Shown piece by piece: positions 1 through 9,429 of a stretch of 64,000 nucleotides of DNA (the stretch's first letter is position 1; every line of letters begins with the position of its first letter). The stretch is from positions 648,840 to 712,839 of the forward strand of contig CAZNDZ010000001.1 in NCBI GenBank assembly GCA_964572155.1, read 5' to 3'. A program made the position numbers and the translations under genes. The notes under the pieces are model-generated. The model was not told where the DNA came from and did no database searches. It saw only the letters and a program-made list of their open reading frames with translations. The DNA comes from an uncultured Planctomycetales bacterium. GTDB lineage: Bacteria; Omnitrophota; Gorgyraeia; Zapsychrales; Fredricksoniimonadaceae.

Positions 1-189
1 CACGTGTCTTGGGTAGGTCTCTTTGATTCGTTTACAGTTTTGCCTATACAAATTTTCAATTGGGTTTCTCGTCCGCAAAAAGGATTTATTGCTTGTGCAG
101 CGGCGGGAATTATAGTACTTTTATTGATCACATTGTGCATGAATGCATTGGCGATTTATTTACGCCATAAAAATCAACGTCGGTGGTGA
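1..189 (+). CDS. pstA: Phosphate ABC transporter permease PstA, C-terminal part (truncated by window edge)
   Basis: [12 protein letters not shown] motif and last TM helix; directly upstream of pstB/phoU. Confidence 0.9.
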   Translation, partial: HVSWVGLFDSFTVLPIQIFNWVSRPQKGFIACAAAGIIVLLLITLCMNALAIYLRHKNQRRW

Positions 190-190
190 T

Positions 191-955
191 ATGAATAAAG
201 CAGATCCAGTTTTTGATATCCAAGGCCTCTCTACATTTTACGGAAAAAAACAAGTGCTGCGAGAAGTGAGCATGAAAGTTTTGCCTAAGACGGTAACATC
301 ATTGATGGGGCCGTCGGGTTGTGGTAAGAGTACGTTGATCCGCTGTTTAAATCGCATGAATGATTTGGTGCCATCGTTTCGTTATGAAGGCGTTATGTTG
401 TACAAGAATAATGACCTTTATGATAAATCAATCGATGTGACAGATCTTCGTCGAGAGATTGGTATGGTTTTTCAAAGACCAAATCCTTTTCCAAAGAATA
501 TTTATGAAAATGTGGCTTATGGACTACGTATTCAAGGCATCAAAGAAAAATCCGTGTTAGATGCGGCTGTAGAAGATAGTTTAAAGAAGGCAGCGCTTTG
601 GGAAGAGGTCAAGGATCGTTTGAATGATTCTGCTTATGGTCTTTCTGGTGGGCAGCAGCAACGGTTATGTATTGCACGCACACTTGCGGTGAAGCCCAAA
701 GTCATTTTGTTCGACGAGCCATGTTCGGCCTTAGATCCCATTGCGACGAGTCGCATTGAAGAGCTGATTTCTGAATTGAAAAGCAATTATACAATTTTGA
801 TCGTAACGCATAATATGCAACAAGCTGCGCGAGTTTCCGATTATACGGCATTTTTATATTTAGGTGATTTAATTGAATTTGGACCAACCCAACGCATGTT
901 TACTGTTCCACAAGATAAGCGAACGGAAGCTTATTTAACAGGGCGTTTTGGTTAA
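191..955 (+). CDS. pstB: Phosphate ABC transporter ATP-binding protein
   Basis: Walker [33 protein letters not shown]-terminal [10 protein letters not shown]; ATG at 191 preferred over 143. Confidence 0.97.
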   Translation: MNKADPVFDIQGLSTFYGKKQVLREVSMKVLPKTVTSLMGPSGCGKSTLIRCLNRMNDLVPSFRYEGVMLYKNNDLYDKSIDVTDLRREIGMVFQRPNPFPKNIYENVAYGLRIQGIKEKSVLDAAVEDSLKKAALWEEVKDRLNDSAYGLSGGQQQRLCIARTLAVKPKVILFDEPCSALDPIATSRIEELISELKSNYTILIVTHNMQQAARVSDYTAFLYLGDLIEFGPTQRMFTVPQDKRTEAYLTGRFG

Positions 956-970
956 TTGAAAGGATGACGC

Positions 971-1633
971 ATGTTACGAGAAAAATTAGTTGATTTAAAA
1001 CGCCATTTGCTTGAAGACGCGGCATTGGTTGAAGATATGATCGCCAAAAGTATTCGGGGTTTGAGTGAAAAGAACGAAGTTTTGCTCTTGGAAGTCGTTA
1101 ATACGGAAGAACCTAAGGCCAATGATTACGATCGTGAGATCGACGAGATGTGTGTGGAATTAATCGCACAATATGAGCCTGTGGCCCGCGATTTACGCAT
1201 GGTCATCATGATTATCAAGATGAATAAAGATTTAGAGCGCATTGCGGATCATGCTGTCAATGTTTGTGAGAGTGCTTTATTTCTCATCAATAAACCTAGC
1301 TTGCAACCTCTCGAAGATTTGAAATTAATGGGGGATAATGCTGTTCATATGCTCAAAGATAGTATCAACGCGTTTGTTAATGAAAACGTACAATTAGCCA
1401 ATGCCGTTTTAGAGCGCGATAATATCGTCGATACTGCTGGTGATGCAATCCTTAAAGAATTAACTGAGCTTATGCGTGCACAAAAAGAAGTCATTCCCCG
1501 CGCCTTACACGTCATGCGCATTGCACATAATTTAGAACGCATCGCTGATTTAGCGACGAATATCTCCGAGGAAGTTATCTATATTGTCGAGGGGCGCGAC
1601 ATTAAACATCATCATGTGGATGAGCAATCGTAA
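971..1633 (+). CDS. phoU: Phosphate signalling protein PhoU
   Basis: Two PhoU repeats (DLERIADHA, NLERIADLATNI); follows pstB. Confidence 0.96.
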   Translation: MLREKLVDLKRHLLEDAALVEDMIAKSIRGLSEKNEVLLLEVVNTEEPKANDYDREIDEMCVELIAQYEPVARDLRMVIMIIKMNKDLERIADHAVNVCESALFLINKPSLQPLEDLKLMGDNAVHMLKDSINAFVNENVQLANAVLERDNIVDTAGDAILKELTELMRAQKEVIPRALHVMRIAHNLERIADLATNISEEVIYIVEGRDIKHHHVDEQS

Positions 1634-1644
1634 CTCGACTATGA

Positions 1645-1673
1645 TTGACTTAGAAAAGTATTGATGCTATATT
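1645..1673 (+). promoter_or_regulatory. Sigma70-type promoter
   Basis: TTGACT-17 nt-TATATT upstream of 1691. Confidence 0.55.
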
Positions 1674-1690
1674 TTAGTTGGGATTAAAAT

Positions 1691-1906
1691 ATGTTTAAAC
1701 GAATTCTAGATAATGATGCTTTTGTAACAAAAAATGCAGACCAAATTGTTAAGAAGTATGGTCGCAAGACGATAGTTATTTGTAAAGGGGAAATTTTTTC
1801 AGGGTTGAAGGCTATGGAGCGCGCCCGAAGGAAGTTTCCAAAATCCATCCCTATGTTGTTTTCTGTGCCGCCAAGAGAAATGTTTACACATGGCTTTTTA
1901 TTATGA
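1691..1906 (+). CDS. Small DUF5678-like protein
   Basis: 71 aa; KKYG.K.IVI..GEI pattern; ATGA overlap with the downstream aspartyl protease, a common pairing. Confidence 0.6.
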   Translation: MFKRILDNDAFVTKNADQIVKKYGRKTIVICKGEIFSGLKAMERARRKFPKSIPMLFSVPPREMFTHGFLL

Positions 1907-2301
1907 GCCAAGCGGTATCTTACCCGTATAAAAGATTCTTTAATAATTATTATCCTATTATTAAAATTCATTTTCAGAGTCCCAGTGGAATTTCTGAGAC
2001 AGAGGCATATATTGATTCTGGAGCAAGTGTATCTATTTTTAATGTTTCCGTCGCACAAGAATTAGATATTGATTATCGGACTGGAAGAAAGCATGCCGTT
2101 TTGGTGGGTAACGGGGCATCAATATTTACCTATATCCATAAGATAAAAATGAAAATTGCTGGTGTTTGGCTTAAAGTAACAGTTGGGTTCTCTCCTGATC
2201 TAGGATCATCGATTAACTTGCTTGGGCAAAAAGATGTTTTTAATAAATTCAAGATCACATTTGATGGGAAAAATAAGAAAATAATATTTATTCCTCATTA
2301 A
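1903..2301 (+). CDS. Retropepsin-like (clan AA) aspartyl protease
   Basis: YIDSGAS catalytic motif and NLLGQKDVF (LLG) motif; 132 aa. Confidence 0.85.
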   Translation: MSQAVSYPYKRFFNNYYPIIKIHFQSPSGISETEAYIDSGASVSIFNVSVAQELDIDYRTGRKHAVLVGNGASIFTYIHKIKMKIAGVWLKVTVGFSPDLGSSINLLGQKDVFNKFKITFDGKNKKIIFIPH

Positions 2302-2358
2302 ATTCCATTTAGTTTAAAAAGTGCTAGAAAAAACTTTGTAATGCGTTAATGTATTTGT

Positions 2359-3696
2359 ATGCACCCTTTAGAGTTACGCAGATTATTACCACAAGATTTA
2401 AAACCTCTTAATACGTTAAGTGATTACAAAGCGATTGGTGGTGGCGAAGGTTACAAGCGCGCTCTATCCATGTCGCCAACCGACGTCATCGCTGAAATTA
2501 AAAAAGCTAATTTGCGTGGTCGTGGTGGTGCGGGTTTCCCAACAGCGATCAAATGGGGTGGTGTTCGCAATGAACCTTGCCCAACAAAATATGTAGCCTG
2601 TAATTTTTCCGAAGGTGAGCCAGGCACCTACAAAGACCGTTATAATATCCTCATTAATCCATACCATTTATTCGAAGGCATTGCGATTGCGCTTTATGCC
2701 ATTGGTGCCAAAGAAGCTTATATAGGTATAAAGAAAAAGTATACCCCGCAAGTTAAGCGCCTTTTTGCTGCCCGCAGAGAAATGGAAGCGGCAGGCATGA
2801 TTCCTAAAGGCTTAATTAAGATACACTTAGGTCCGGACGAATATTTGTTTGGTGAAGAAAAGGGTTTAATTGAGTCTATTGACGGCCGTTACCCCATGCC
2901 GCGCAATATCCCACCCTTTATCCAAGGGATTAATTTTCAACCGGGATCACCCAATCCAACCTGCGTTAACAATGTTGAAACATTTTGCCAAGCCGCCTAT
3001 ATATTAAGGAAGGGAGCCGATGATTTTAAGTCTGTTGGCTCTGAAGATACCCCTGGAACAGTCATGTGCACTGTGTGTGGCGATGTGCAAAGGCCTGGTG
3101 TATATGAACTTCCAGCTGGAAAAGTAACCTTAAAACAGTTAATTTATGATATTGCTGGTGGTCCAGCGGGTAAATTTCCTATAAAAGCGGTATTTTCAGG
3201 TGTGGCCAGTGGTGTTGTCACCCCAGAACGCTTTGATACACCCCTTGATTTTGGTTCCATGAAAAAAGTGGGTGGTGGTTTAGGTTCCGGTGGTTTTATT
3301 GTTTATGATCAAAGCGCATGTATGGTTCAAACAGCTTTAAAGTTTAGTAATTTCCTAGCCAAAAGTTCTTGCGGCCAATGCGTTCCCTGCAATCGTGGCA
3401 CCGCGCACATCACAGAATATTTAAAGAAAATAGAAATGGGGCAAGGCAGTGCGGATGATTTAGAAGCGATTTTCGAAATCAGCGGCCGTTGCACAAACCA
3501 AACACGTTGCTTCTTGCCAACACAGGAAAGTATCCTTATCCCTAGTATTATCAAGACGTTTAGCGCGGAGTTTAAAGCACATATCGACGGGAAAAGAGAT
3601 CCCAATGAACGTGATTTGATCTTGCCTAAATTACATGAATACCACGCAGATAGCGTCGCCTTCAGCTACGATGACCCTGCCAAGTTTGCTGTTTAA
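2359..3696 (+). CDS. Stand-alone NuoF/HoxF-like NADH-binding flavo-iron-sulfur protein
   Basis: LRGRGGAGFPT, EGEPGTYKDR, YLFGEEKGL, NNVET, SCGQCVPC...C 4Fe-4S motif. Confidence 0.88.
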   Translation: MHPLELRRLLPQDLKPLNTLSDYKAIGGGEGYKRALSMSPTDVIAEIKKANLRGRGGAGFPTAIKWGGVRNEPCPTKYVACNFSEGEPGTYKDRYNILINPYHLFEGIAIALYAIGAKEAYIGIKKKYTPQVKRLFAARREMEAAGMIPKGLIKIHLGPDEYLFGEEKGLIESIDGRYPMPRNIPPFIQGINFQPGSPNPTCVNNVETFCQAAYILRKGADDFKSVGSEDTPGTVMCTVCGDVQRPGVYELPAGKVTLKQLIYDIAGGPAGKFPIKAVFSGVASGVVTPERFDTPLDFGSMKKVGGGLGSGGFIVYDQSACMVQTALKFSNFLAKSSCGQCVPCNRGTAHITEYLKKIEMGQGSADDLEAIFEISGRCTNQTRCFLPTQESILIPSIIKTFSAEFKAHIDGKRDPNERDLILPKLHEYHADSVAFSYDDPAKFAV

Positions 3697-3922
3697 CCCA
3701 TCTAGAAAAATTTTTCTAAAAATCGTTGACAACGCTTTCTCGCTATGTAAAAATTAAAACACTTTACACCCAGGTGATCTAAATTATAGCCGCGAAAGGA
3801 GGGATTACATAAATCGGTTGATGGGTCATCAGACGGGGTCTATGTCGTAAGAAACTAAGGTCTGTTATAGATCCTAGATATATATATAAAATTAACTTCC
3901 TGAAATTTTTTGGAGGATTCAA

Positions 3923-5365
3923 ATGAGAAATAAATTCATGTTAGCTTTAGCTGCGTTGATCTTCGTATCAGCACCAGCTTTCGCTGCAGTTCAAAACGTA
4001 AAAGTGTCCGGTGATATCGATACATGGGCTATCAACCGTGATAATTTCAACTTAGGCCAAAAAACTTTAACTGGTGCTGGTATTGCTAGCAACCCAGTTG
4101 GTTTAGAAAGCCAAAGTTTAGTCGCTACCCAAACCCGCATCAAGATCGAAGCGGATTTAAGCGATAACGTTTCTACAACGATTCGTTTATTAAATGAAAC
4201 TGCTTGGGGTAATGCAAACAGAATCATTGGTACCGGTGGTGGTACAGCGTCTGATGTTTCTTTAGATCAAGCTTATGCTACCTTACGTGAATTCTTATAT
4301 TCACCTTTAACTGTAAGCGTTGGTCGTCAAGACTTCGTTTATGGTAATGGTTTCATCTTAGGTGGTAATGGTCCTAACAATGTTGCTGTTAACACAGGTT
4401 TAAACAACATTGCTAAGGACTTAAGCAAAGATAACACGGTTAACGATGGTGTTAAGCTTATTTTCGATTACAAGCCATTAACATTAGATGTTATCTACTA
4501 CAAGAACAACCAACGTTTATTCACTGGTAATGCCATCTCAGATAAAACTACTTCTGATGTTTATGGTTTGAACGCAAATTACCAATTAGGTGATTCTAAG
4601 AATAGCGTTGTTGAAGGTTACTTATTCGCAAGAGTTGATGGTAACGATGTTACAACAACTGTTACAGAAAAAGGTGATACCTTATTCGTTCCTGGTTTGC
4701 GCGTTAGCACAAACCCTGTCAAAGGTTTAACCACATCAGCTGAAGTTGCATGGCAATTAGGCAACAAGACAGTCAATGCTGGTGGTGTTGACCAAGGTGA
4801 AAACCGCACCGCTTTCGCTTATCAATTGATGGCTAATTATGCAATTGAAAATGACAGCGTTGCTAAGTACAAACCAAGCGTTAGCGCTTCTTACACACAT
4901 ACTTCAGGTGATAAGAATGCTGGGGCTAACTCTGGCACAGATGATGTTAAGTCTGCAAAGAATTACTCAGCTTGGGATCCATTTGCTGAAGGTCAAAACG
5001 GAGGCACCATCTACAACTCCTTATTCTCCTTAAGCAACTTGAATATCTTATCTTTAGGCGCACAAGTTACTCCTATCGAAGATGTTGTTGCATCATTCGC
5101 ATGGAGTAATTTGATGGCTGATAAGAAATACCGTGGTGGCAATGCATTAGCCATCTCACAACCAGATAGTTCTACAGGTTTAACACCTGCAACTACTGGC
5201 AGCAAGGCATTAGGTAATGAATACGATGTTAATGTCAACTATGCTTACACTGAAGATGTAACCTTAGGTTTATCTTTAGGTTGGTTCGTTGCTGGTAATA
5301 CATTTACCGGTGCAAACGATTCAACAGCTAGCCAAGCGTTAGCTCATGTTAACGTTAATTTCTAA
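3923..5365 (+). CDS. Outer-membrane beta-barrel protein (alginate-export/porin-like), probably highly expressed
   Basis: Sec signal peptide (AFA|A), amphipathic strands, VGRQ motif, C-terminal Phe, strong codon bias, GGAGG SD. Confidence 0.8.
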   Translation: MRNKFMLALAALIFVSAPAFAAVQNVKVSGDIDTWAINRDNFNLGQKTLTGAGIASNPVGLESQSLVATQTRIKIEADLSDNVSTTIRLLNETAWGNANRIIGTGGGTASDVSLDQAYATLREFLYSPLTVSVGRQDFVYGNGFILGGNGPNNVAVNTGLNNIAKDLSKDNTVNDGVKLIFDYKPLTLDVIYYKNNQRLFTGNAISDKTTSDVYGLNANYQLGDSKNSVVEGYLFARVDGNDVTTTVTEKGDTLFVPGLRVSTNPVKGLTTSAEVAWQLGNKTVNAGGVDQGENRTAFAYQLMANYAIENDSVAKYKPSVSASYTHTSGDKNAGANSGTDDVKSAKNYSAWDPFAEGQNGGTIYNSLFSLSNLNILSLGAQVTPIEDVVASFAWSNLMADKKYRGGNALAISQPDSSTGLTPATTGSKALGNEYDVNVNYAYTEDVTLGLSLGWFVAGNTFTGANDSTASQALAHVNVNF

Positions 5366-5391
5366 TTAGTTAGAAATCGTTAATTGTTTTG

Positions 5392-5428
5392 CAAAACCCC
5401 CGTCAGATTATGACGGGGGTTTTGTTTT
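5392..5428 (+). terminator. Rho-independent terminator
   Basis: CAAAACCCCCGTCA-gatta-TGACGGGGGTTTTG stem followed by T tract after the porin stop. Confidence 0.9.
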
Positions 5429-5580
5429 ATATGCATGTCCCGTCGAGAATAACATTTCCACTCACAAAAATTTTTCACTTTTCTTTTTGCATTTTCATTT
5501 TCTTTGCTAATATAAAAGTTGATCAAAATTTTTAGTTCATAACTTTATATTTATTAATAGCTTAAAGAGATTGGGGTAGC

Positions 5581-6156
5581 ATGACCCGTGATGAGATATA
5601 CGACCACCTTGCCAAGGTCTATTTAGGCAAGAAAGAAAACGTCGCCCAGAAACAGAAGAAACAGCAGGTTAACCAGTCATGGTTGGTGATCAATATTGTG
5701 ATCACAACAGTGATTGTGCTCTCGACGGTGTATGGCTTCACAGCTTTCTTATCTCGTCGAGCTGGGTTGCATAATCAGGTTTATTATGAATTAAATAATA
5801 ACCTGATTAAAGTTGGTTATGATTTAAATGATCCGTTTCCGTCGACAAAAACATTTGCAATCACGTTGCCGGAAAAAGATGCTAGTAAGTATAGCAAGTT
5901 AAATATGCGCATCCGTGGCCTTAACGGCGGGTATCCCGGTGTGGTTAAGTTAGTTGTGAATAATCAGCGTAATGAACGCGCAACGTATTACATCAAAGAT
6001 GTTGGGGCGCAATGGCAGAAGGTGGCTATCCCATTTGATAAATTGAATTTAAGTGACTGGAGCAATGTAACGGAAGTGGCTTTCGTTTTGGAAGCATGGA
6101 ACATGGATTTTAAGCAAGGCGCAATGCTCGTCGACGATGTTAGCTTTTCAAACTAA
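5581..6156 (+). CDS. Membrane-anchored protein with CBM11/CIA30-like carbohydrate-binding fold
   Basis: One TM helix, then WQKVAIPF...DWSNV...GAMLVDDVSF beta-sandwich pattern. Confidence 0.6.
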   Translation: MTRDEIYDHLAKVYLGKKENVAQKQKKQQVNQSWLVINIVITTVIVLSTVYGFTAFLSRRAGLHNQVYYELNNNLIKVGYDLNDPFPSTKTFAITLPEKDASKYSKLNMRIRGLNGGYPGVVKLVVNNQRNERATYYIKDVGAQWQKVAIPFDKLNLSDWSNVTEVAFVLEAWNMDFKQGAMLVDDVSFSN

Positions 6157-6177
6157 GGACCTATAAGGAAAAAGAAT

Positions 6178-7413
6178 ATGAAAATAATCTCGATTGCAAA
6201 TCAAAAAGGTGGATGCGGTAAAACAACCACCGCCATTAACTTGGCCTCCGCGTTGGCATATCATGGGCAAAAAGTTTTGCTCATTGATCTAGATCCGCAA
6301 GCGCATGCCACGTTGGGTTTAAACATCGACGATGCTAACAGCCTTTATAATGTCATTTCTAAATTGACCCCACGCAAATTACGTATCAAAGATATTATCA
6401 CCCGCGCGGATAAAACATTTGATGTTGTGCCTTCTAACGTTTTGGTTGGTACATTGGAACAAGAATTAGCCGAAGAAATTGGACGTGAACTCAAATTGCT
6501 CGACGTGTTAAATGAAATCCGCGGTATTTATGATTACATTTTAATCGATTGTCCGCCATCGCTTGGTTTCTTGACAGTTAATGCGATCCGTGCAAGTAAT
6601 GAAGTGATTATTCCTGTTGAAACAAGCCGTTTCTCCATGCAAGGCGTTGATCACTTGCATGACATCATTTTCTTAATCCGTGACCGTTTAAATCATCCGG
6701 TTACAAGCAGAGTTCTCATCACCATGTTTGATTCTCGTTTGCGCCATTCATTTACCATGTTGGCGAAGATGAAAGATAAATTTGGTAAATTGCTTTATGA
6801 TACCATCGTCCATGTCAACGTGAAGCTCAAGGAAGCGGCTGTTATGGGTGAAGCGGTATTGAAATATGACAAATATTGCCGTGGATCAAAAGATTATTTA
6901 AGTTTAGGCCGCGAGATCTTGACCGACGATAAGGTGCTCTTAAAAGACGAGAGAGAGCAAAAAGTTAAAGCGCCAAGACCTGCCGTTGTGGTGGCCCAAG
7001 AACAAGTTGTTGAAGAAACAATCCATGAAGCAGAAAATGAACCCGTCGAAGAAGTCATTGCTAAGGCTGTGGCAGAAGCGATGGAAGAAACAAAAGAATA
7101 TCAACCATCTGAACGCATGCAAGAAATTGTCACCAAAGAAACCGCCGCGTTTGTTGGTTCTGCGTTATTTAAGTTAAATGCACCAAGCGCACAATCTGTG
7201 TTTGTGACAGGTTCATTTAATGATTGGTCGTTGGATGAATCTTGCCGCATGAAGAATATCGGTGGCGTTTGGACGTTGCAATTGCCGCTAAAGCCAGGGA
7301 TGTATAAATATCAATTCATCGTCGATGGTAAATGGCAAGAAGATCCAGAAAATAAATTGACCGAACGCAATTCTTTTGGGGATATTAACTCCTTGGTTGA
7401 GGTTCAAGGATAA
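6178..7413 (+). CDS. ParA/Soj-family ATPase fused to C-terminal CBM48/AMPK-type glycogen-binding domain
   Basis: NQKGGCGKTT, DLDPQ, IDCPPSLG; C-terminal VFVTGSFNDW...LKPGMYKYQFIVDGKWQEDPEN. Confidence 0.88.
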   Translation: MKIISIANQKGGCGKTTTAINLASALAYHGQKVLLIDLDPQAHATLGLNIDDANSLYNVISKLTPRKLRIKDIITRADKTFDVVPSNVLVGTLEQELAEEIGRELKLLDVLNEIRGIYDYILIDCPPSLGFLTVNAIRASNEVIIPVETSRFSMQGVDHLHDIIFLIRDRLNHPVTSRVLITMFDSRLRHSFTMLAKMKDKFGKLLYDTIVHVNVKLKEAAVMGEAVLKYDKYCRGSKDYLSLGREILTDDKVLLKDEREQKVKAPRPAVVVAQEQVVEETIHEAENEPVEEVIAKAVAEAMEETKEYQPSERMQEIVTKETAAFVGSALFKLNAPSAQSVFVTGSFNDWSLDESCRMKNIGGVWTLQLPLKPGMYKYQFIVDGKWQEDPENKLTERNSFGDINSLVEVQG

Positions 7414-7739
7414 TGTCGCATAGTAACAAGCCGTTTTTTAAAGAAGATATCATGGACGGCAAAATGTATGCGGTATTAGCGTATCTCTCAATCCTTTGCA
7501 TCATCCCACTTATCTTAAAGAAGAAGAATCCATTCGTCTTAGCTCATGGCAAGCAAGGCTTGGTGCTTTTTGTGGCCCAAGTCGGCGTGCTTATTTTATC
7601 TATTGTTTTGCCGTGGTGTTTTGGTCCGTTGATGTTTGTGCTCATGGTCTTTTCTTTCTGGGGTATGATTGCTGTTATCCGTGGTGACATGGTTGATCTA
7701 CCCATCGTTGCAGGCATCTCCCAAAAAATCGATTTATAA
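7413..7739 (+). CDS. Small membrane protein (DUF4870-like)
   Basis: AVLAYL...FV..HGKQGL...LPIV pattern, 3 hydrophobic segments. Confidence 0.65.
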   Translation: MSHSNKPFFKEDIMDGKMYAVLAYLSILCIIPLILKKKNPFVLAHGKQGLVLFVAQVGVLILSIVLPWCFGPLMFVLMVFSFWGMIAVIRGDMVDLPIVAGISQKIDL

Positions 7740-7742
7740 CTT

Positions 7743-8228
7743 ATGTTTAAAAAAATCGTTGATGTCCTCAAAGAGGTTTTTTGGTTAAAAAAATCTAAAC
7801 GGCAATCCACACGCAAGGTTGCAGCTAAAACCACTAAAAAAACCACGAAGAAATCAGCTAAGAAGCCCACCAAGCCGCTTAAAGTTGTAAAACCAGCCAA
7901 ACCATTAAAAGAAAAGAAGGCGCCGGAAAAAGCCGCGCCAGCCCCTAAAGTTGTTAAGCCAAAAAAAAGTGATTTAGATCCAGCATTAAAGCCGATGGGT
8001 GAGATCACGCATTATTTTGATCGCATTAAGGTTGCGGTATTGAAAATAAATCAGGGGACAGTGCTCATTGGTGATAAATTAACCGTGGTAACGCCAAAAT
8101 ATAAGTTTGTTCAAAAGATTTGGTCCATGCAAATTGAGAGTCAAGATGTGAAGGTGGCCAAGAAGGGGCAGTTAATCGGGATTAAGATTGATAAGGCAGT
8201 CGCTGCCGGCGACATTGTGTATAAATAG
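7743..8228 (+). CDS. Lys/Ala/Pro-rich protein with C-terminal EF-Tu domain II-like barrel
   Basis: Histone-H1-like K/A/P tract, then GEITHYFDRIKVA...SMQIE...AKKGQLIGIK. Confidence 0.7.
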   Translation: MFKKIVDVLKEVFWLKKSKRQSTRKVAAKTTKKTTKKSAKKPTKPLKVVKPAKPLKEKKAPEKAAPAPKVVKPKKSDLDPALKPMGEITHYFDRIKVAVLKINQGTVLIGDKLTVVTPKYKFVQKIWSMQIESQDVKVAKKGQLIGIKIDKAVAAGDIVYK

Positions 8229-8249
8229 GATATGTGGTATATTTTGCAT

Positions 8250-8423
8250 ATGAATAAACGCGCTCAAAACACCATAGAATATCTTTTGTTAGTTGTCGCT
8301 ATGATTACCGTTATGATTATCTTCTTGGCACCAAATGGTAAATATCAGAAAGGTATGCAAAATACCTTGAATCAAGTAACTACCGATGCTATCGCTAAAG
8401 CCAATTCAGAAATCCTTTTTTAA
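8250..8423 (+). CDS. Small class III signal-peptide (Flp/pilin-like) protein
   Basis: MNKRAQ-NTIEYLLLV plus hydrophobic helix. Confidence 0.65.
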   Translation: MNKRAQNTIEYLLLVVAMITVMIIFLAPNGKYQKGMQNTLNQVTTDAIAKANSEILF

Positions 8424-8426
8424 GCC

Positions 8427-8822
8427 ATGCCTAAAATCAATAAAATCTCTTCATCACATAAAGATTTAATTGCCCGTTATTTGACGTGGGCCTATAAGAG
8501 CACCAAAGAATCGTTTGACCGTCTAGAGCGCAAGACAACGCAGCTGATGGCCGATGAATTTATCTTGGCGCATGTTAGCAAGAATAAGAAAGCAAAAGTT
8601 TCAGATCCGGCATATAAGGCATTGGTAGATAAGTACAAAGATTATATCGACGCTAAAAAAGCACAGCCCATCGACGCTGCGCAATACGCGTATTTAGAGC
8701 ATCGGCTTGAAGCCATTGAAGCAGCGATCAAACATTTTCTGGGTCCAAAAGCCATGCAACAGATACATAAAAGTTATAGCCAAGAGTTTACCCGTCGCAT
8801 TTGGGAATCAAAGGATCATTGA
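8427..8822 (+). CDS. Hypothetical helical protein
   Basis: 131-aa ORF tightly packed in operon. Confidence 0.6.
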   Translation: MPKINKISSSHKDLIARYLTWAYKSTKESFDRLERKTTQLMADEFILAHVSKNKKAKVSDPAYKALVDKYKDYIDAKKAQPIDAAQYAYLEHRLEAIEAAIKHFLGPKAMQQIHKSYSQEFTRRIWESKDH

Positions 8823-9259
8823 TGCGTAAGGCTTTAATGTTCACGACGTTTTTGATCATCTCAAATCTGGCCTACGCCAAAGAAATTGAAGTGATCGTCG
8901 GCGGAAAGTCCTATTATTCCGTTGATTCTTACAAAGCAACCCAGCGCAATAAAGTTACTCCCCAAGAAGCTGTACCCCCAGAAGTTGTTCCAGAGAAAGC
9001 AGATCCTATGACAATAAAAGCCATGAAAGAATTGTCGTCAATTAGTTCCGAAGACAGCGTTGGCCGCGTGCGTGCAGATTTTGATCAAAATTGGGATAAT
9101 CCCTCGCCTAAGTTTAAAATCGCTTCCGAAGAATTACAACAACGTCTAGAATCCATCGCCGATGACCGCAAAGAACCCGTCTTGGTTGTTTCAGAGAACG
9201 GGAAGCTGCGGGTGATGTTGTTAGATGAGAATAAGACCACAGCAGACCTCCCCAAATAA
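8822..9259 (+). CDS. Hypothetical secreted protein
   Basis: ATG overlapping previous stop; signal peptide ending AYA. Confidence 0.6.
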   Translation: MRKALMFTTFLIISNLAYAKEIEVIVGGKSYYSVDSYKATQRNKVTPQEAVPPEVVPEKADPMTIKAMKELSSISSEDSVGRVRADFDQNWDNPSPKFKIASEELQQRLESIADDRKEPVLVVSENGKLRVMLLDENKTTADLPK

Positions 9260-9331
9260 AATCAAATATTTGTAAAAAAAACAACAATTTTTCAAATTTC
9301 CTGTGTAAAATTGTTTTCTTATCTTGATAAT

Positions 9332-9360
9332 TTGACAATAAAAATATATTGTGCTATGGT
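9332..9360 (+). promoter_or_regulatory. Sigma70-type promoter of RHS gene
   Basis: TTGACA-17 nt-TATGGT with extended TG. Confidence 0.5.
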
Positions 9361-9429
9361 TTGTTAATCATTGATTATTTAATCTTGGGTTAAATGCACA
9401 TCAAAAAAATATTTTTATTGGAGAGAAAC

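Noticed and set aside
2359-3696. Assigning the symbol nuoF (complex I)
   Set aside because: No other nuo genes nearby; it could equally be HoxF/HydB-like.
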